This document shows positions 58,180-64,000 of a DNA stretch of 64,000 nucleotides, piece after piece (within the stretch, counting starts at the first letter, position 1; every line of letters begins with the position of its first letter). The notes beneath the pieces were generated by a model. The model searched no databases. It worked only from the letters and a program-made list of their open reading frames with translations, and was not told the DNA's origin. The stretch is from an uncultured Nitrospiraceae bacterium. Lineage in GTDB: Bacteria; Nitrospirota; Thermodesulfovibrionia; Thermodesulfovibrionales; Dissulfurispiraceae. The translations under genes and the position numbers were made by a program. The stretch lies in assembly GCA_963727805.1 (NCBI GenBank), contig CAVSHF010000003.1:949698-1013697 (forward strand), in the 5' to 3' direction.

Positions 58180-59580
58180 TTAGAGCAAGAATTCGGCAAG
58201 GTTAAGGTTGTATTTGTTATAGTCCAGCGTCGTTTTGATGGACCTGCGATAGCTACCGGTAAGATCTTTCTCCGCAAGATCGATGGGAGTATTTTCTATC
58301 CTTCTGCCCTGCGAATCAACTACTAGCACTATTTTCGGTCTTTCGGGTTCATCGGCATTACCTTTATACACAATACCAAGTTCGCCATGATCGAGTACTA
58401 CTAGGGTGCCTATGGGGAACACGCCGACCAGCTTGATAAACATCTTGAGCAGAAGTGGATCGACATCCTTGCCGGCGCCTTCAACGAGAATCTGAAGTGC
58501 CTTCTCAGGCGATTTCGGAACCCGCGAATATACCCTTGAAGAGGTCATGGCGTCAAACCGGTCAGCGATAGTGACAATCTTGGAATATAAATCCAGTTTG
58601 CGCTGCTGGGGTACAGAAGGATATCCTGATCCGTCATAATTATTATGATGTTCGTATGACACAATAGCGCCTTGGATCATCATGGGATCCATCTTCATGG
58701 TGTGCATAATAATCTTGACTCCCTCGCTGGGATGGCTCTTCATAACCTTCCACTCCTCATCGGTAAAAGAGGTTTCCTTATTGAGGATTTCCTTTGGAAT
58801 GTTCACCTTGCCGATATCGTGAAGAAAAGCTGCGATGCCGAGTTCGGACAGTCTCTTTTTATTTAGGCCGAGTTTCAGCCCGAGTCCGATGGAAAGGATA
58901 CTCACATTGACCGCATGGTAATACGTATAGTCGTCATAATCCTTCACAGCAGTCATCCTGATCATCGTCTGCTCATCCTGCAGTACCTGGCTGATTAGAG
59001 AATTCACGACCAGTCTCGCCTTCTTTATTTCAATCCTCTCGCCCTCTTCTATCTGTTTTATAGCGAACTTGAGGTGTGCAGCTCCATTAAAATAGTGCTT
59101 TTTGAGCATACGTCGGCTATCGACAATACTTTCTTCACAAGCCTGTTTCGGGATCCCGATATTGATGGAATCGATTGTGTCAATCCCCTGCTTCAAAGCA
59201 GTAAAAGGCGAATCAGAGGAGAGGCACGATAGAAAAGCTCTCATAAAGTTCTGCAGATTAACTCGCGAGATCGTCCCACTGATAGTGATGCTGCCCAATC
59301 CTCGTTTACGGAATTCGCTGATAAGAAAATCGAAGTTCAAATAGTATTGGATCGAATAGCGCACAGGCGCCCGATTAATATAGAAATATTCACCGAGAAG
59401 TTCGATGTCGAGCTTCGTTTCAGATACCAGTGCCGCATTCACGAGCTCGACAAATGCATTAACCGCGTTGATAAAGGCTTCATTGTCAACACTGTATGTC
59501 TGTCCAATCCTGAGAATGATCGCCAGCCTGTTGATGATATCTTTCGCATTCTTTATAGCCTGAGCATGTTGCCTATGCAT
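58180..59580 (-). CDS. HD-GYP domain protein (probable c-di-GMP phosphodiesterase) with a large N-terminal unknown domain
   Basis: 466 aa. Contains the HD motif AAFLHDIGK, HHNNYDGSGYP (the GYP signature) and ADRFDAMTSSRVY. Confidence 0.85.
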   Translation of the reverse strand: MHRQHAQAIKNAKDIINRLAIILRIGQTYSVDNEAFINAVNAFVELVNAALVSETKLDIELLGEYFYINRAPVRYSIQYYLNFDFLISEFRKRGLGSITISGTISRVNLQNFMRAFLSCLSSDSPFTALKQGIDTIDSINIGIPKQACEESIVDSRRMLKKHYFNGAAHLKFAIKQIEEGERIEIKKARLVVNSLISQVLQDEQTMIRMTAVKDYDDYTYYHAVNVSILSIGLGLKLGLNKKRLSELGIAAFLHDIGKVNIPKEILNKETSFTDEEWKVMKSHPSEGVKIIMHTMKMDPMMIQGAIVSYEHHNNYDGSGYPSVPQQRKLDLYSKIVTIADRFDAMTSSRVYSRVPKSPEKALQILVEGAGKDVDPLLLKMFIKLVGVFPIGTLVVLDHGELGIVYKGNADEPERPKIVLVVDSQGRRIENTPIDLAEKDLTGSYRRSIKTTLDYNKYNLNLAEFLL

Positions 59581-61390
59581 GTTGCATTCTCCGCAGGGCC
59601 GTAACCACTTGTTCCCTCACTAACGGCTCAGAAGACTTCTGTAGTTTCTCAAACAGCGGAAGCGCCTCGTTGCTCCGGATCAATCCAAGGTAATATGCCG
59701 CACACGCCCTCGTTTCAGTCTTCTTTTTGATTCCTAAGAAGCTCCTCGTCTTCAGCATCTCGATCATGGAGTCTTCGAGTTCCCTACTATTAGAAGACGC
59801 TAGGGCTTCGTAATATGACAGTTTCTCGCTAAAATCCCTCTTTTCAAATCCCTTTCCATTGATAGTTTCAATAATGGCGTCTTGACAGAAAAGTCGAGCG
59901 TCCTGATTATCTCTAGCTATGACTCCCATACCTTTTATGGCTAATAGCCTCACTGTCGAATCGCTATCGTAGAAGAATTCCTTAAGCACAGGGAGGGCCT
60001 TGACATTCTTGAAATCATTTAAGGCCTTGACTACTTCAAGCCTTACTCGCGGATGATCGTGTTTTGCAGTTTTCAGTATATCGTCTAACACGGCCTCATT
60101 ACCTATATGTCGAAGCACGAAAACTATGTTCCGTACAACATACCAAGTCGGGTCTCCCAATCGCGCGACTAGGGCCCCTATAGCATCCTTCCCGATTTGG
60201 ATAAGGATATCGTTGACTTTACGACGAGCAGATATGCTCTGGAGAATTCCGAGGAGAGACACGAGGGAATCGACACCGTCCTTGCCGAGACCCCGGGCAT
60301 AGTCGAGCAGCCCTTCCTCGTCGATTGCCTTAGAGGAATCAAGCATGCGCCCTATGTGCGCTATGATTTCGGAAGATTTGCAAAAAGATAAAAGTTTTTG
60401 AGCATTGTCGCGGATCGTCGGCCCCCCAAGCCTATCCTTAGGCATTCCTTCGATCCCTCTGAAGATTATTTGGGCAGGTTCGAAATCATCATCCTTGATG
60501 GCATAGGCAATAATATCTTCCAACGATTTCACGATAATCCCTGCCTCGGCACTGTCCTGAGCCTGCATGAACATCTCAACAAGAATCTGCGCAAGATGAG
60601 CGGTCTTTTTCGAGTATTCTGAACTTTCTTCGACAACCATGATGCCCTTCTCTTGGATTAATAGTCGGCTGGCGTCAAACTTCGTGACCTCTTTTTCGCT
60701 GAGAGCATCTTTATACGCCAGTAACAGTCCGCTCTCCAGACTTGAAGATTGTGCCTGGTCCTCTCCTGTTATACAGGAGGCAAGACTCCACGGCTGCTGG
60801 TCTTCAGAAAGAGATATGTTTCCCAGCCCCGGAGCCTTACCCTCCAAAGAGAAACCCCCACCATCTTCTTCCCCCATTCCATCTCCCATTTCATCTCCCT
60901 GAAAGCCCACCCCGGACCCATCCCCTGCCTGGAAAAAGAGATCATTGATCACCAATTTGATGTTTGCGAACCCCTTCTCCCATGTAGAAGATGCGAAGTC
61001 TTCACTGATGGTGTCGTCCCTATCAAAATGCATCCCAATCAACTTAAGAAATTCTTCGAGTTCCGACGAAGAGAGTCCCTCTTTGAACACTATTTCCTTA
61101 ATTCCATCCTTGAAGAAAAAAAGAGCAAGGTTATCCATTTTCTCGGAACTTTGGTAGACTGGCTCTGAACCGACCAGTATTTCATTAGGTTTTATACGGA
61201 GGATAAAATCTCCACTCGAGTCTAAATATTTTCTCACAAGGGCATAAGTCTCATCGATGGCGCTACGATAAACTGTGTTGTTAGCTGGATAGATATGCAG
61301 CAGCTTCTTAGCCTTTAAAGCCGCATTGATAAAGTTTCTTGCGAGACTTACTCTGTCATTTTCCATGTCTTTTCTAACAAGGATTTGCAA
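59573..61390 (-). CDS. HEAT-repeat protein
   Basis: 605 aa. The C-terminal half has PBS-lyase/HEAT-like repeats (HPRVRLEVVKALN, DSDSTVRLLAIKGMG, EPLVREQVVTALR). It overlaps the HD-GYP gene start by 8 nt. Confidence 0.65.
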   Translation of the reverse strand: MQILVRKDMENDRVSLARNFINAALKAKKLLHIYPANNTVYRSAIDETYALVRKYLDSSGDFILRIKPNEILVGSEPVYQSSEKMDNLALFFFKDGIKEIVFKEGLSSSELEEFLKLIGMHFDRDDTISEDFASSTWEKGFANIKLVINDLFFQAGDGSGVGFQGDEMGDGMGEEDGGGFSLEGKAPGLGNISLSEDQQPWSLASCITGEDQAQSSSLESGLLLAYKDALSEKEVTKFDASRLLIQEKGIMVVEESSEYSKKTAHLAQILVEMFMQAQDSAEAGIIVKSLEDIIAYAIKDDDFEPAQIIFRGIEGMPKDRLGGPTIRDNAQKLLSFCKSSEIIAHIGRMLDSSKAIDEEGLLDYARGLGKDGVDSLVSLLGILQSISARRKVNDILIQIGKDAIGALVARLGDPTWYVVRNIVFVLRHIGNEAVLDDILKTAKHDHPRVRLEVVKALNDFKNVKALPVLKEFFYDSDSTVRLLAIKGMGVIARDNQDARLFCQDAIIETINGKGFEKRDFSEKLSYYEALASSNSRELEDSMIEMLKTRSFLGIKKKTETRACAAYYLGLIRSNEALPLFEKLQKSSEPLVREQVVTALRRMQHA

Positions 61391-61709
61391 CCATGCTCAG
61401 CATAATAAATATCGATACGCCACTGAGTAATGTTCTTAATCCGATCAGATATGCTGCCTCTCCTTACGTAGCGTTACTTTAGTTATCGAAAAATCAAGTA
61501 ACCTCTTTAATTTGAGCTGCCAATACTGGAGATGCGCATGATATTGGGGACAGCTTGCATTAGTGATCCCGTTTCCAAGATTCCACTATATGGCTTGTAT
61601 GTCATATTTTGACCGTCGCTTTTCAACTGATTTTAGAACTATTTTAGAACGGCCTGTTTGGCTTTTTGGAGGCTGGACATGACAGTCTGTTTTATAAGAG
61701 AAAAAGAGA

Positions 61710-61782
61710 AGCCACCTGCCGGAATCGAACCGGCGACCTACTGATTACGAATCAATTGCTCTACCAGCTGAGCTAAGGTGGC
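61710..61782 (-). tRNA. tRNA-Thr (anticodon CGU)
   Basis: A 73-nt cloverleaf folded by hand. Acceptor GCCACCT/AGGTGGC, D arm GCTC-AGCTGGTA-GAGC, anticodon arm ATTGA-TTCGTAA-TCAGT, T arm GCCGG-TTCGATT-CCGGC. CCA is not encoded. Confidence 0.85.
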
Positions 61783-61833
61783 AGTCTACTATTTTAGTTG
61801 ATATTCTCCAAGACTGCAAAATATGGCACTAAA

Positions 61834-61875
61834 GCTGATTTCGAATCAGCTGCACTACCACTGTGCTATCCCGGC
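61834..61875 (-). pseudogene. Truncated tRNA-like 5' half (acceptor strand, D arm and anticodon arm only)
   Basis: The minus strand reads GCCGGGA-TA-GCAC-AGTGGTA-GTGC-A-GCTGA-TTCGAAA-TCAGC. No T arm or 3' acceptor strand (TCCCGGC) follows. It begins 2 nt after the macro-domain gene stop. Confidence 0.4.
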
Positions 61876-61876
61876 G

Positions 61877-62431
61877 TCAATGGATCTTTATTTTATCAAA
61901 TTCACAACGAAAATGCTCAAGTGTTTCTTCATCAACGATGCAAATTTCGACAAGCTGCAATGAAGAGCCTTGATTCATTTGAAGATATTTTAAAGCCTGA
62001 TAAACAAGGATTCCGGCGCACCGGTCCTTGGGAAATCCGAAGATACCTGAACTGATTGCGGGGAGAGAGATACTTTTAAGGCCTTCTTCTGATGCGAGCA
62101 CAAGACTGCTCAGAACAGCATTCTCGAGCTTGCTATCTTCGTCTCCTTCACCCATCCTTGGTCCGACAGCGTGAATGACATATCGAGCAGGGAGTCTGCC
62201 GGCTGTCGTAATCGCGGCCTGCCCCACTGGAACGTAGCCTATTTTGTTGCTCTCATCCTGGATTATCTGTCCGCCATTTCTCACGATAGCGCCTGCGACT
62301 CCTCCACCATGCTGCAGGTGAGAATTGGCAGCATTCACAATAGCATCAACCTCGCGAGAGGTGATATCTCCAAGGACAAGCCTCAAGATTTTATCGCTGA
62401 GCTTTATTTCAGAAACGATCTTCACAACCAT
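61877..62431 (-). CDS. Macro-domain protein (ADP-ribose binding or hydrolase)
   Basis: 184 aa. Contains GDITSREVDAIVNAANSHLQHGGGVAGAI and ISLPAISSGIFGFP motifs. Confidence 0.85.
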   Translation of the reverse strand: MVVKIVSEIKLSDKILRLVLGDITSREVDAIVNAANSHLQHGGGVAGAIVRNGGQIIQDESNKIGYVPVGQAAITTAGRLPARYVIHAVGPRMGEGDEDSKLENAVLSSLVLASEEGLKSISLPAISSGIFGFPKDRCAGILVYQALKYLQMNQGSSLQLVEICIVDEETLEHFRCEFDKIKIH

Positions 62432-62524
62432 TAAAAATATACAGGAAGCTGCCCAAAAGTCAATGAAGGCCTTCCAAATAAGATAAAACTTTCACTTCCC
62501 GTAAGATACATGTAAAATAGATGG

Positions 62525-63742
62525 ATGAAAACAGCTTATTTTGAATGTCCAGCAGGTATCAGCGGCGATATGTGTCTCGGGGCCCTCGTCGATGCCGGAG
62601 CGAGTCTCTCCGCAATAAAACGTTCATTGAAAAAAATCCCGATAGCCGGTTATACACTTTCTTCCAGAAAGGTTATACGCGCTGGTATTTCAGCCACGAA
62701 GGTCGATATCAAAATAAAAAAGCCAGTGGTAAATGCGTATCTGGATACGCCAATTCATAACGAACAAGCACGCAGATGGAAGGATATTCAAAACATTATC
62801 AGAAAGTCTATCCTGCCCGAAAAAATAAAAAATAAAGGACTCATTATCTTTAAAGAACTCTTCGAAGCCGAGGGCAAGGTGCATGGGAAACCCTTCGATT
62901 CGATACACCTTCATGAACTCGGGGCCACGGACTGTATAGTAGACATTTTCGGAACCTTGATCAGTTTGGACTTTCTTGGTATTGAAAAGGTAATCGCCTC
63001 GCCAGTCAATCTCGGTCAGGGTACCATAAATACGGCACACGGCTTACTTCCTGTGCCTGCACCCGCAACCATTGAATTACTCAGGGGATACCCTGTTTAC
63101 TCTTCTGAAATACCTTTTGAGCTCACTACTCCTACCGGAGCCGTCATTTTAAAGACTCTTGCATCGTCATGTGTGTCGTTTCCCCGAATCACCGTCGAAA
63201 CGATTGGGTATGGCGCAGGCAACAGGGATATCACGGCCATGCCGAATGTTCTCAGACTGATGATCGGTGAAGAATACACGGTAAACAACAAGCCAATATC
63301 GCCAGCATCTGAGAATTCGGTCATAATTCTAGAAACTAATATAGACGATATGAATCCTCAATATTTTGAGTGTGTGATGAACAGGCTTTTTGTCGCTGGC
63401 GCCCTCGATGTGTTTCTCGAAAACATAATCATGAAAAAAAGCCGTCCTGGCATCAAACTAACAGCAATCGTCAGGGAACATGATGTCGATAAAATGGCAG
63501 ATATTTTATTTAACGAGACCACAACAATCGGAATACGCATTTATAGGGCTGACAGAAAGATTCTTGAAAGGGAAGTGAAACGGATAAAGACACGATACGG
63601 CTTCGTAAGGGTTAAAGTCTCCCGTTTAAAGGGGAAAATTGTAACAACCACCCCTGAATACGAAGACATCAAGGCTATTTCAGAGAAAACAAATACTCCG
63701 ATAAAGAATATCGCTGAGGAAGTCACGAGCTGCAAATCCTGA
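62525..63742 (+). CDS. larC: Nickel-pincer cofactor biosynthesis protein LarC (DUF111 family)
   Basis: 405 aa. N-terminal FECPAGISGDMCLGALVDAG, plus HLHELGATDCIVD and TPTGA motifs. Confidence 0.9.
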   Translation: MKTAYFECPAGISGDMCLGALVDAGASLSAIKRSLKKIPIAGYTLSSRKVIRAGISATKVDIKIKKPVVNAYLDTPIHNEQARRWKDIQNIIRKSILPEKIKNKGLIIFKELFEAEGKVHGKPFDSIHLHELGATDCIVDIFGTLISLDFLGIEKVIASPVNLGQGTINTAHGLLPVPAPATIELLRGYPVYSSEIPFELTTPTGAVILKTLASSCVSFPRITVETIGYGAGNRDITAMPNVLRLMIGEEYTVNNKPISPASENSVIILETNIDDMNPQYFECVMNRLFVAGALDVFLENIIMKKSRPGIKLTAIVREHDVDKMADILFNETTTIGIRIYRADRKILEREVKRIKTRYGFVRVKVSRLKGKIVTTTPEYEDIKAISEKTNTPIKNIAEEVTSCKS

Positions 63743-63861
63743 TAATACTCTAATCTTATCATTAGCATTTTCATTCAGCCTCCTTATTTGAGAAAAGATC
63801 TTCTTTTCTGGTAATCTTTTCATTAATATCTTTTCTCATTCACTACGGATACGGAGCTACC

Positions 63862-64000
63862 ATGTTAAAAACTGATACGTTAAAAAAAGTACTGCTTTCA
63901 GGCAACGAAGCGATAGGACGGGGTGCAATCGAGGCTGGCATCTCGTTTGCGATCAGTTATCCCGGCACGCCGGCCACTGAAATTCTCGAGTATCTCGCTA
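63862..64000 (+). CDS. iorA: Indolepyruvate (2-oxoacid):ferredoxin oxidoreductase alpha subunit, 5' partial
   Basis: The 46 aa present (LLSGNEAIGRGAIEAGISFAISYPGTPATEILEYLA) match the conserved N-terminus of IorA-type enzymes. The gene runs off the window end. Confidence 0.7.
   Translation, partial: MLKTDTLKKVLLSGNEAIGRGAIEAGISFAISYPGTPATEILEYLA

Noticed and set aside
1-64000. CRISPR arrays, restriction or other defence systems, toxin-antitoxin pairs, transposases, integrases and prophage genes
   Set aside because: I scanned the ORF translations and intergenic regions and found no spaced direct-repeat array. I also found no DDE, tyrosine or serine recombinase motifs, no nuclease/methylase/ATPase combinations typical of defence islands, and no phage structural genes. 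The only repeats are those listed as features.

Overview
This 64-kb window is densely coding bacterial DNA. Its gene content points to an anaerobic, H2- and sulfur-metabolising organism (sulfate-reducer-like Deltaproteobacteria or Nitrospirota; this is inference only). I saw no rRNA, CRISPR array, transposase, integrase or recognisable defence system.

From left to right the window contains:
- a multi-PAS histidine kinase;
- an AT-rich, low-coding stretch with small DNA-binding or accessory-type genes;
- a complete group-1 uptake [NiFe]-hydrogenase operon (small subunit, large subunit, cytochrome b, maturation protease);
- two exported rhodaneses, a PHP phosphoesterase and an archaeal-type phosphoglycerate mutase;
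- a CpxP/Spy-like chaperone and TonB-ExbB-ExbD;
- an envelope glycosylation set (GT2, TPR membrane protein, PAP2);
- a translationally coupled, Tat-exported aldo/keto-reductase / DUF362 / membrane polyferredoxin module;
- HU, a lysine-rich desulforedoxin-like protein and a cupin;
- an 11-kb single-strand periplasmic copper-handling cluster (CopC, CopD fused to a YtkA domain, Met-rich proteins, di-haem peroxidase, a NosL-like/beta-barrel fusion and unknown small paralogues);
- a YeeE sulfur transporter followed by a decayed Tat-exported gene;
- three orphan histidine kinases;
- a GH57 gene interrupted by two in-frame stop codons;
- DUF3786, cysteine-rich and Met-rich CpxP-like proteins;
- an HD-GYP plus HEAT-repeat pair;
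- tRNA-Thr plus a truncated tRNA fragment, a macro-domain protein, LarC and the start of iorA.

The most unusual signal is a pair of diverged noncoding elements of about 495 nt (10345-10838 and 44491-44986). Each lies directly upstream of a minus-strand operon, one before the hydrogenase and one before yeeE. They share conserved hairpins, show a few compensatory base changes, and end in a tRNA-like T-arm plus CCA. I could not match them from memory to tmRNA or RNase P RNA, and saw nothing of the other RNA families I can recall.

All functional calls come from reading motifs in the translated ORFs. No database search was possible.
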